This document shows, one piece after another, positions 16,561-24,327 of a stretch of 64,000 nt of DNA; position 1 is the first letter of the stretch; each line of letters opens with the position of its first letter. Source of the stretch: an uncultured virus (IMG/VR IMGVR_UViG_3300044970_001619) (taxonomy: Duplodnaviria > Heunggongvirae > Uroviricota > Caudoviricetes); IMG/VR virus record IMGVR_UViG_3300044970_001619, positions 1 to 64,000 of that record; one strand, 5' to 3'. The notes under the pieces are model-generated. The model saw only the letters and a list, made by a program, of their open reading frames with translations. It did no database searches and was not told the DNA's origin. The position numbers were made by a program, and so were the translations under genes.

Positions 16561-17145
16561 CTATTGTGCTTGTTCCCAAATGTATTTTAGCAGAGTTTTG
16601 CTCTCAGGTACAACATTAACTTCTTCTACATCATTTATGCCATCATAAATCATTGTAATATCTTCCTGAGAAACTGAGAAAGTAATTCTCGATTTACCTT
16701 CAGTAAAGTTTTTAGAAAACAGAAGTTTTGCGTCAAGAACGGCAAGTCGGTGAGTCCAAGGATCAATCAAAACAAACCATTCGGACCTAGTTTTGAACTC
16801 AGAAACTCCCGACTGAGTTTTTTTGAAATCCCAAGTTTTTGATTTGATCAACCAAGATTTCTTTTCTTGGGGTTCCAAACCAAATTTTTTCGTTTTTGCA
16901 TCCCAAAGATGTTTTGTGCGATAAAGACCATCTGGGTCATTTTTTTCTTTCTTTTCTGATGCTTTAATATCAATATATTTTGAGAAGGTTTCAATGAATC
17001 CAAATTCAATTGATTCACCCCTAGCAAAACAATCAATCCCTTCATTTAGGGGATACATCGCAGCAACTTTATTTGCTTGAATGAAGAATTTTTTATATTC
17101 CTCAGAGGGAATAGTTTTCAAATCGGAAATAAACTGTTCAATCAT
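16561..17145 (-). CDS. hypothetical protein, possible PD-(D/E)xK endonuclease partner of the Dam-like MTase
   Basis: start MIEQFISD (the longer ORF overlaps tRNA-Leu); E...PDG-x7-DAK pattern. Confidence 0.6.
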   Translation of the reverse strand: MIEQFISDLKTIPSEEYKKFFIQANKVAAMYPLNEGIDCFARGESIEFGFIETFSKYIDIKASEKKEKNDPDGLYRTKHLWDAKTKKFGLEPQEKKSWLIKSKTWDFKKTQSGVSEFKTRSEWFVLIDPWTHRLAVLDAKLLFSKNFTEGKSRITFSVSQEDITMIYDGINDVEEVNVVPESKTLLKYIWEQAQ

Positions 17146-17189
17146 AATACTAATAACTGAAATAATGTGTGTTTGCCCTTTCGGGCAAG

Positions 17190-17532
17190 TGCGAGTAGGG
17201 AGACTTGAACTCCCACGGGCAATGCCCAACAGATTTTCTTACCACTATAGTTTTCACTACCCTTTCGGTTTGTGGTCTGGACTATACCTTCACCATACCT
17301 TTCAGTTTAGGTGTTCCCCGTCTAGTCTCTACACGTTTTGCATTTTCTAGATAATTCCAACCCTCTCTAGAAGCACATTGGGTAGCCGTTGTCTTTCCAA
17401 CTGTCTTGCAACTTCGCTCGGTATTGCCATTTTACAGGTTTCACCGAATTTGAGGAATTACACTCATAAGATTTCTCAAATGAGGCTCAATTTTCATAAG
17501 TCTGGTGTGTCTACCGATTCCACCATACTCGC
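17190..17532 (-). tRNA. tRNA-Leu(UAA) split by a group I intron (exons 17498-17532 and 17190-17237)
   Basis: joined exons give CAGA-CTTAAAA-TCTG, long variable arm, A73. Confidence 0.92.
17238..17497 (-). mobile_element. self-splicing group I intron (IC3, cyanobacterial trnL type), 260 nt, no ORF
   Basis: inserted after U34; AATTGAGCC, CTCAAATTCGGTGAAACC, GGCAATACCGAGC, GTAGAGACTAGACGGG, GGTATAGTCC; terminal G. Confidence 0.92.
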
Positions 17533-17533
17533 T

Positions 17534-17608
17534 TGGTAGGACTGCAGAGAATTGAACTCTGTTCACACCGTTATAAGCAGTGGGCTTTAACCAATAAGCA
17601 ACAGTCCC
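17534..17608 (-). tRNA. tRNA-Ile(UAU), CCA encoded
   Basis: CACTG-CTTATAA-CGGTG; promoter TTGACA-17-TATGAT at 17619-17647. Confidence 0.88.
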
Positions 17609-17648
17609 TTATAAGACAATCATAGCAGAGTGTGCTTTGATTGTCAAG

Positions 17649-17720
17649 TGCTCGTTGTCGGTTACGATCCGACCTTCTATCGTTTATGAGACGATTGCAT
17701 TCCCAGATTGCTAAACGAGC
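17649..17720 (-). tRNA. tRNA with CAU anticodon (Met or Ile2) and atypical T-loop
   Basis: ATCGT-CTCATAA-ACGAT; T-loop ATCGTAA. Confidence 0.8.
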
Positions 17721-18085
17721 GTGATTAGACCTTCATGTATTTTACGATGACAATTTGAACATACTAAAATACATTTAGAAATTTCTTCTTCAATTTTTTG
17801 CCAAGAATTTCCTTGTATCATTTGAGACACACCCTTTTCTTTTACACTTGGATCTAAATGATGATAGTCCATACAACACGAGGGATGATATTCTCCACAA
17901 GCAGAACAAGAAATATTTTCTTTTAAATTAGTTAAATTTTCTTTGTTTTGTTTTGCTCGATTTTGCCTGTTGGCATAATGCCTTGCTTTGTACTCGGGGT
18001 CATTTTTAAGTTTGTCTTTCAACCAATTGCGTTGATACTCTCGTATTATATCACAATCAGCAGAAGTTTTTCTTTTTCTAGGCAT
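17711..18085 (-). CDS. HNH endonuclease (zinc-binding type)
   Basis: CSACGE...DYHHLDP...CILVCSNCHRKIH; TATAAATA late promoter upstream. Confidence 0.88.
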   Translation of the reverse strand: MPRKRKTSADCDIIREYQRNWLKDKLKNDPEYKARHYANRQNRAKQNKENLTNLKENISCSACGEYHPSCCMDYHHLDPSVKEKGVSQMIQGNSWQKIEEEISKCILVCSNCHRKIHEGLITLV

Positions 18086-18159
18086 ATTAAATTGTAAATA
18101 ACTCATAACTATTTATATAAATTATGAGTTATTCGCTATTCGCAAATAACGAATAGCAA

Positions 18160-18247
18160 TACGAGTGCCTGGATTCGAACCAGGTCAAAGCCGCTAATCT
18201 GGCGGAAAGAGTTTATAAGACTCCTCTGACTACCAAGTCTCACTCGC
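18160..18247 (-). tRNA. non-canonical tRNA-like RNA with UAU anticodon, long variable arm and 4-nt D-loop
   Basis: 7-bp acceptor, perfect T-arm CCTGG-TTCGAAT-CCAGG, own promoter TTGACA-17-TATAAT at 18261-18289. Confidence 0.75.
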
Positions 18248-18285
18248 TTGAACCAGATCAATTATAGAGGATCTGGAACTCTTTG

Positions 18286-18504
18286 TCAAACAGAAATCAA
18301 AGTCCCATCTTTACGAAATTGAGAAATAAGTTTCCCAACACTATCAGTAACTTTAACCTGTTCTTTCACCAAAGTCAAGTCATTGCACTTGAAGACATAA
18401 ACTTGCTCTGGTTTGTAAGTATAAGCAATACCTACCTGATTTTCAGCATAATCAAACTGAATCTTTGCGATAGCAGAAGAATCAGTAAATTCAAGAACTT
18501 CCAT
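18286..18504 (-). CDS. KTSC-like small protein
   Basis: DSSAIAKIQFDY...I.Y....YVF...DSVGKLI pattern; palindrome promoter upstream at 18528-18583. Confidence 0.6.
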   Translation of the reverse strand: MEVLEFTDSSAIAKIQFDYAENQVGIAYTYKPEQVYVFKCNDLTLVKEQVKVTDSVGKLISQFRKDGTLISV

Positions 18505-18580
18505 CTGTCTCTCTCGATTACCTAGTAATCATACCACGGATGCTGCTGCGTGGCAAGGGGAGTGGACGGTTTGAGAAGTG

Positions 18581-18739
18581 TCAGTCCTTAATAATTGTAC
18601 TGAACCAAGTCTCACTCATACCCTCAATGATTTTATTTGCAGATTCATTATCATCTGCATAACCCTCTGAGATGAGATGCTCTATAAGTTGTGAATGAAT
18701 CTTATAGGTTTCCTGCAATTCTCTTGGTGTTGGTTTCAT
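18581..18739 (-). CDS. stand-alone HLxxEGYA...MSExW domain protein (52 aa)
   Basis: hand-translated MKPTPRELQETYKIHSQLIEHLISEGYADDNESANKIIEGMSETWFSTIIKD. Confidence 0.7.
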   Translation of the reverse strand: MKPTPRELQETYKIHSQLIEHLISEGYADDNESANKIIEGMSETWFSTIIKD

Positions 18740-18743
18740 CTAA

Positions 18744-18983
18744 CTACTTTTTTCTTTTATTTATTTCTTTTATCCACTCATCTGGTATTTTACCGTGAGT
18801 ATCAACAAAAGCATTGTGTAGTTGTTTTGCAGTCATCTTATGCTTTTTCATAATCTTACGCATCAATTTATCAATTGAATCATAAGAAGTATCATTCAGT
18901 TTTTTTAATCCACTTTCAAGTTCATTGACTGCATTATCTACACAACCGCAATGCTCACTCATAAACTCTTGAAAGGTTTTCAT
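18744..18983 (-). CDS. protein with T4 capsid-targeting-like N-terminus
   Basis: MKTFQEFMSE. Confidence 0.75.
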   Translation of the reverse strand: MKTFQEFMSEHCGCVDNAVNELESGLKKLNDTSYDSIDKLMRKIMKKHKMTAKQLHNAFVDTHGKIPDEWIKEINKRKK

Positions 18984-18992
18984 TTTTTACTT

Positions 18993-19400
18993 TTATTTAT
19001 TGAGAAACCCTCGCATACCAGTTGCTTTTACAAATGATTCAAGTCCTTTGTTAATTGGACGCACTTTGATGTAAATTTCTTCAGGAACTTCACCAAAGTA
19101 TCCTTGCAACCAAGGACACAACCACACGGGAAGACACATCGTTGTATCAGTATAAGTTGTACCTTCTTCATCAGACACTTCTTTCACGAGAAGAGTATCA
19201 CAATTATCAGGTTCTTGGAGGAAAAGAGAAATCTCAACTTCATCACCTTCAATTGGATACTTTCCAGTTTTGAAGTAGCAATGTTCGTCAATTGCTTCTT
19301 CAGTTCCATTCATCAAAAGTTCTTCAACAGTATCATTGTGTGGATGATTGAAGTGATAAAGATTGTCGTCTCGTTTGATTGCTACAACTGTAAGTTCCAT
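18993..19400 (-). CDS. conserved hypothetical protein (WLCP motif)
   Basis: E.LMNGTEEAID...VWLCPWLQGYFGEVPEEIYIK; palindrome promoter upstream at 19421-19478. Confidence 0.75.
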   Translation of the reverse strand: MELTVVAIKRDDNLYHFNHPHNDTVEELLMNGTEEAIDEHCYFKTGKYPIEGDEVEISLFLQEPDNCDTLLVKEVSDEEGTTYTDTTMCLPVWLCPWLQGYFGEVPEEIYIKVRPINKGLESFVKATGMRGFLNK

Positions 19401-19477
19401 AATAGTCTTGTGTTTCCAATAGTATAGCACAAAAAAAGGTGCCTATGGGGCACCTTGGGACAGTTTGGCAAGTGGTC

Positions 19478-21310
19478 TTATTTTTTTCTAAATCTATGAT
19501 TGACAATTTTTCCAGTTTCTAATGGATTTTTGTAAAATACATCATAAGAATCCTTTCCATTATTATAATCTTGTTTTCCTGCCATTTGAATTCTTTTTAT
19601 TTGAATATCATATTTAATTTCTCTATCTCTTTTTTTTTCAGTTTGTCTTCCTTTTCTCAAATTAGATTGACTTTGACTCAGTTTTCTTATTTGCTGATTC
19701 ATTAATTCACCAGGCATTTGCTTAAATTCTTCATCAACGGCTCCCGTCATCAATCCAGTTTTTGCAGACCTTTCAGTGCTTCTTTTGCCGAATGCTTTCT
19801 TATAAAGTTTTGCTCTTTTTGCTTCACCAGTTTTCATATCTTCACCAGACATAACAGCAGTTGGTTTTCCAACAACAGTATCACCTTTCTGTGCTCCTGC
19901 TTTCTTTAAATGTTTTGGAGTATCTTTAAGTGCTTGAATAAAGTTTCTTCCTCTTTCCATTTGTTGATGTTTATCACCTTTTCCAACTTCACTATCTCGG
20001 TGCATAATATCTACGGTATGGACTTTTCCTGTTTTATTTGCACCTGTTTTTGTCATTTGCTTTTTCAAGTCTTTCACTCTTCTTACACTTTCACTTGAAG
20101 GTGCAGTTTTGAGTTTAGTCATTCCAGATGGAGTTCTTCCTGCTGGTTTGAACTTCTTAATTAGTTGCTCACCTTTTGCTGCTTTTCTTGCTGATGAATG
20201 AGTGCGGATAAAATGGTCTTGTTCTGTGCTTCCATAATCATCTTCAGTATCTTCACTATCATAAGTTTTATAATCTTTGGACTTTGTTCTCAAATCTTTT
20301 GTTGAAAATTTTCCAGTTCCTTTAAGACCTGCTTTCTTTGCAATAGCAGCAGTGGTTCTTTCTTGACGAGTCATATCAGCACCACGACCTCTTGCGAGAG
20401 TTGCTCTACCTCTACTTCTTTCACCCATTGAACTTTCTTCAAGTTCTTGCATTATTTCCAAAACTTCTTTAATGGATCCCACCATTACTCCAGTTTTTTC
20501 ACTTCTTTTAGAAGCACGAGAGCCTAAAATCTTACCATAAAGTTTTCCTCTTTTTTCTGCACCAGTTTTTTTATCCTCATCTGGCAATACAGCAGCTGGT
20601 TTCCCCGTAACTATTTCATCTTTTTTTGCTCCTGCTGATTTTAGATGTTTAGGAATATCTTTAACACCTTTAACTAAATTTCTTCCTAAAGGCATTCTAC
20701 CTTTATTTTGATTTTTTTCTCTAAAAGCATCATCTGGCATAATACTTACATCGTGAACTTTTCCTCGTTTATCTCCACCCGAACGAGTAATTGCTTTTCT
20801 AAAATCTTTTGCTTTTCTTACACTATCTGCGGATGGATGATATTTAAATTTTACCTTTCCATCTTTAATACCAGCAAATTCTTTTTTATTAATAACTTCT
20901 AAATCCGGTGATGTTGCTGCACTTCTTGGAGATGCGTGAGTTGTGATGTAATGACTTACCTTTGTGCTGCCTTTATCTCCATAACCATCAGGGTTACTGG
21001 TTGTATATAATCTTGATGGGGTTCTCAAATCTTTAGTGGAATACTTACCAGTTCCTTTAAGTCCTGCTTTCTTTGCAATAGCAGCAGTGGTTCTTTCACT
21101 TTTATCCATATCAGCACCTCTGCCTCTTGCGAGTGTGACATTTCCTCTTGTTCTTCTGCCACTTCTTTCACCCATTGAACTTTCTTCAAGTTCAACTTCT
21201 TCTTTCACACAACGATTATAAGTCTTTCCAAAGAGTTTTTGTGTGCCTTTCTTCTTATATCCAGGCCAACACTTCTTTGCTTCTGAAATAAACTCTTGAT
21301 AGGTTTTCAT
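19478..21310 (-). CDS. large basic internal-head-like protein with a tandemly duplicated domain
   Basis: MKTYQEFISE; two copies starting ELEESSMGERS...TTAAIAKKAGLKGTGK. Confidence 0.8.
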   Translation of the reverse strand: MKTYQEFISEAKKCWPGYKKKGTQKLFGKTYNRCVKEEVELEESSMGERSGRRTRGNVTLARGRGADMDKSERTTAAIAKKAGLKGTGKYSTKDLRTPSRLYTTSNPDGYGDKGSTKVSHYITTHASPRSAATSPDLEVINKKEFAGIKDGKVKFKYHPSADSVRKAKDFRKAITRSGGDKRGKVHDVSIMPDDAFREKNQNKGRMPLGRNLVKGVKDIPKHLKSAGAKKDEIVTGKPAAVLPDEDKKTGAEKRGKLYGKILGSRASKRSEKTGVMVGSIKEVLEIMQELEESSMGERSRGRATLARGRGADMTRQERTTAAIAKKAGLKGTGKFSTKDLRTKSKDYKTYDSEDTEDDYGSTEQDHFIRTHSSARKAAKGEQLIKKFKPAGRTPSGMTKLKTAPSSESVRRVKDLKKQMTKTGANKTGKVHTVDIMHRDSEVGKGDKHQQMERGRNFIQALKDTPKHLKKAGAQKGDTVVGKPTAVMSGEDMKTGEAKRAKLYKKAFGKRSTERSAKTGLMTGAVDEEFKQMPGELMNQQIRKLSQSQSNLRKGRQTEKKRDREIKYDIQIKRIQMAGKQDYNNGKDSYDVFYKNPLETGKIVNHRFRKK

Positions 21311-21687
21311 TTTTTCTCCTTGGGAGTACGAATCATTGTATCTGCACCAGCAATTTTATCCAAAGATGTGCGGTCTCGATAACCTAGATCTCTATACATC
21401 TTATCTAATTTTTCTTTATATCCTGGTTTTGCAACTGGGGTCAAAGAAACATTTTTACCAATCTTATCTGCATATTTATGAAGTCCTTTAAATGTTCTTT
21501 TTGCAATTCCTTTGCCTCTTTGATTCTCTGGAACTTCAATGTTATCTACACGAATATCACCAGAACTTGTAGTATGAACAACATACTTCATTCCTGGTGT
21601 TCTTCCTTTTGTTTTTCTTTGAATCGTTTCTAGGGCATCAGGTTTTGGTGCCTTTGCTTCTTCTAGGAACTGCCTAAAGGTCTTCAT
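21307..21687 (-). CDS. GNAT acetyltransferase with capsid-targeting-like N-terminus
   Basis: MKTFRQFLEE; IEVPENQRGKGIAK (motif A); LDKMYRDLGY (motif B). Confidence 0.8.
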   Translation of the reverse strand: MKTFRQFLEEAKAPKPDALETIQRKTKGRTPGMKYVVHTTSSGDIRVDNIEVPENQRGKGIAKRTFKGLHKYADKIGKNVSLTPVAKPGYKEKLDKMYRDLGYRDRTSLDKIAGADTMIRTPKEKK

Positions 21688-22127
21688 CTTCTTCCTAGGT
21701 ATTCTGCGTTTCTTCTTCTAGATGCAACTCGATATGCTGGTGTCAGATGCCCTACTTCTGGTTTCTTTTCACCTTTGACTTTCTTAACTCCTCTTGCTGC
21801 TCCTGCACCTGGTCTATCTTGCCAACTTGCAGCGCCTCCGTGTGCGTGTCTCCTATAATTATATTCGCTCCCTCCACTACCACCTTGTTTAAATCTTCCT
21901 CCTGATACTGTTGGGTTAATAGCCTTATCGGTATGAGTTTCTGTTTTTGATGGAGTTACAATCCATTTTTTGCCACTACCTTCTGGTGCTCGTCTAGCTG
22001 AACCTGGAGTACTATATGTTCTGGTGCGGTCAATTGTAAGAGGAGTTTTTGTTCTTCCTTTAACTTTATCCTCTTTACGCATCTCAATAAGATATGCTTC
22101 TTCTATAAACTCTCTGAAAGTTTTCAT
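21684..22127 (-). CDS. basic protein with capsid-targeting-like N-terminus
   Basis: MKTFREFIEEAYLIE. Confidence 0.75.
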   Translation of the reverse strand: MKTFREFIEEAYLIEMRKEDKVKGRTKTPLTIDRTRTYSTPGSARRAPEGSGKKWIVTPSKTETHTDKAINPTVSGGRFKQGGSGGSEYNYRRHAHGGAASWQDRPGAGAARGVKKVKGEKKPEVGHLTPAYRVASRRRNAEYLGRR

Positions 22128-22144
22128 ATGCTTATGGTTTTCTT

Positions 22145-22945
22145 TTATTTATTTCCCTTTTCTTTTCTAAGTCTTTGTTTATGTGCTGCAGCAAGCAATC
22201 CTTTATGTCCAACGTGTGCAATATCTCTTGTTTTTCCTTCTAATTCGTGTGCTCCACCTGCTCTATGAAGAATACCTCTTCTGCTTCTACTCTCTGGAGT
22301 TTTATTAGTTACTGCTCCCATTATATTTTTAGGATGATGCCCGTGATATACTCCTTGTGCTGCATCTTTTTTCACCCTTTCCTGCCACTCAGCATCAGTC
22401 ATAGATGCTTTTAATTTTGAAGAATAATGTAATGGAGTAATATGATGTGTGTCAAGTCCTGCTCTTTTTAATTTATTTGCTTTTTTTGTTGCTGATTTCT
22501 TATCTTCATCGGAACTTAAAGTTGCAATTCTTTCTGCTCTTACTTGTCTTTCCTTAACACCACCCTCTTTTGGTTTTAATCTCCACTTTGGGTTTTCACT
22601 ACTATTAGCATTATTTGCATAATATCCTGATGGGATTCCACCGTGATGCTTTTCAAGTTCTGCACGACTTGAAAATGTTGGTTGTCTTGCTTCAATTAAA
22701 TATGCTTCTTCTACAAACTCTTTGAATGTTTTCTTCTTTACATTTCTTGCGACAACTCTTCCGTGGTCTAAGTTTCTTTCTGCTTCTCCTCTCTTCTTTG
22801 CCCACATTTGCATAAGAGCAGTTCCTGGTGCTTCAATATTTCCTGTTCTTACAAAATCTTTTGGTGATTGAGCAGCAGATGCAGCCATTGTTGCTGCTAA
22901 AAATGCATTGGCAATTTTCTCTCTTTTCTTTGCCTCATCAAGCAT
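22145..22945 (-). CDS. basic protein with internal targeting-like motif and HNH-like C-terminus
   Basis: KKTFKEFVEEAYLIE; LDTHHITPL...GHHPKNI...AHE. Confidence 0.7.
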   Translation of the reverse strand: MLDEAKKREKIANAFLAATMAASAAQSPKDFVRTGNIEAPGTALMQMWAKKRGEAERNLDHGRVVARNVKKKTFKEFVEEAYLIEARQPTFSSRAELEKHHGGIPSGYYANNANSSENPKWRLKPKEGGVKERQVRAERIATLSSDEDKKSATKKANKLKRAGLDTHHITPLHYSSKLKASMTDAEWQERVKKDAAQGVYHGHHPKNIMGAVTNKTPESRSRRGILHRAGGAHELEGKTRDIAHVGHKGLLAAAHKQRLRKEKGNK

Positions 22946-23220
22946 TTGAATACAAAAAAACCTCTGACTATTTATCAGAGGTCAAAATCAATCACCTTTA
23001 CCCTCAAGAGTTTTAACAAGAAGTGCAGTAAAAAGTTCCATTTTTTCTGGATGGACTGCTGCTGGGTTTTGATTGATTACATTTTTAAGTGCAACTAACT
23101 CATTCCACTCATCATTAGAAAGTTGTGAATTGAAATTCTCCGAATAAGTCATACTAGCCTCAATTGATGAGCATATCCTAACATACTATCTAGACAATCA
23201 CTGATTCCTTAATATTGTCT

Positions 23221-23586
23221 TCAGGTTTCTGTAAAGTCTTGTAAAGTTTTGATATCCTCTTCAAGTTCCTTTTCTTGCTTCTTATCGTGATAATAAGACC
23301 ACAAAGCATTATGCACGTCCATAAGATTATCAATCCAGAAACCAGCAGGATAGATTCCAAGTTTATCTTGTAGACCACGATGACTGGTTCCTTCTTGTTC
23401 TGCTTTGCACATAATTGTGCAAATTGCATCAACCATATCTAGTTTATCTTCTTCAGAAAGCATAAAATACTTTCCTACTGCTCGTTCCTTTGCTTCCTTA
23501 TGAGACTTCTGCAATTGCTTACAAGCATCAGAGTCCCACCACTCTTGCATTGCTTTTCCGAATTCATTTGGTTGTTTTTCACTCAT
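23221..23586 (-). CDS. hypothetical protein
   Basis: likely start MSEKQPNEF. Confidence 0.7.
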   Translation of the reverse strand: MSEKQPNEFGKAMQEWWDSDACKQLQKSHKEAKERAVGKYFMLSEEDKLDMVDAICTIMCKAEQEGTSHRGLQDKLGIYPAGFWIDNLMDVHNALWSYYHDKKQEKELEEDIKTLQDFTET

Positions 23587-23812
23587 CTTCTTTTCCAAAA
23601 AATGTTCCAAAGAAACCACTACTTCCTGGTTTACGATTTTCTAGTTTATCCAAAAGGGCATCAGTATTTTGTAGAGTTTGAATGCGAGAAATCATATCCG
23701 CAATGACACTGCAAACCATTGGACGTTCTTGACGAGCAGCATATGCTAATGCATTCCTAAGAGATGCTTCTGCTTCTTTGAGAGATTCTTCAACTGATTG
23801 TGATAGTGCCAT
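23579..23812 (-). CDS. conserved cyanophage-type hypothetical protein
   Basis: MALSQSVEESLKEAEASLRNALAYAARQERP. Confidence 0.75.
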   Translation of the reverse strand: MALSQSVEESLKEAEASLRNALAYAARQERPMVCSVIADMISRIQTLQNTDALLDKLENRKPGSSGFFGTFFGKEDE

Positions 23813-24271
23813 TCAACATTGCTCCATTTTAATTTCTTTAGTCACTTTACAGATGGTATAAGAACCATCTCCATTATCTACCCACTCAATTTGATCCCCT
23901 TCTTTAAGATTTGCTGCCTCTAGCAGATCATCAGGGAAAGTAATAAAGTATTCACCACTTGGACCATCAACTTCAATGGGAAGTTGCCACTTGGTTACTT
24001 TATCTTTTATTGTATTTTCACCTGGAAAGTTGCTATTGCGATCTTTGCTTAGAAAATCATCATATGCTTGAATATGACCTTTACCATTACCATTCAGAAG
24101 AGCAAGAAGATCATAACAACGACCAGTATGATGTTTATGGTAATGATATTGCTCATCTACAACACCTTTGATGACATCATAGATTTCTTGTGGAGATGCC
24201 TCACCATTTACTGCATCGTGTACCCAGTTTTCAAGTTGTTCAAGTGAGTACTTTTTGTAATTAAAGTCCAT
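23813..24271 (-). CDS. protein with C-terminal AbrB/MazE-like DNA-binding domain
   Basis: GEYFITFPDDLLEAANLKEGDQIEWVDNGDGSYTI. Confidence 0.75.
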   Translation of the reverse strand: MDFNYKKYSLEQLENWVHDAVNGEASPQEIYDVIKGVVDEQYHYHKHHTGRCYDLLALLNGNGKGHIQAYDDFLSKDRNSNFPGENTIKDKVTKWQLPIEVDGPSGEYFITFPDDLLEAANLKEGDQIEWVDNGDGSYTICKVTKEIKMEQC

Positions 24272-24327
24272 TAATAAAGTCCTCGATTGCTTGTTCCATC
24301 ATATCACAAGTTTCAAGATGTGTCCAG

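Noticed and set aside
17146..17229. N-terminal extension of ORF 16561-17229
   Set aside because: Overlaps the 3' exon of tRNA-Leu; the ATG at 17145 is more plausible.
10837..18247. Suppressor tRNA or alternative genetic code
   Set aside because: No CUA, UUA or UCA anticodons found, and long genes read through normally with the standard code.
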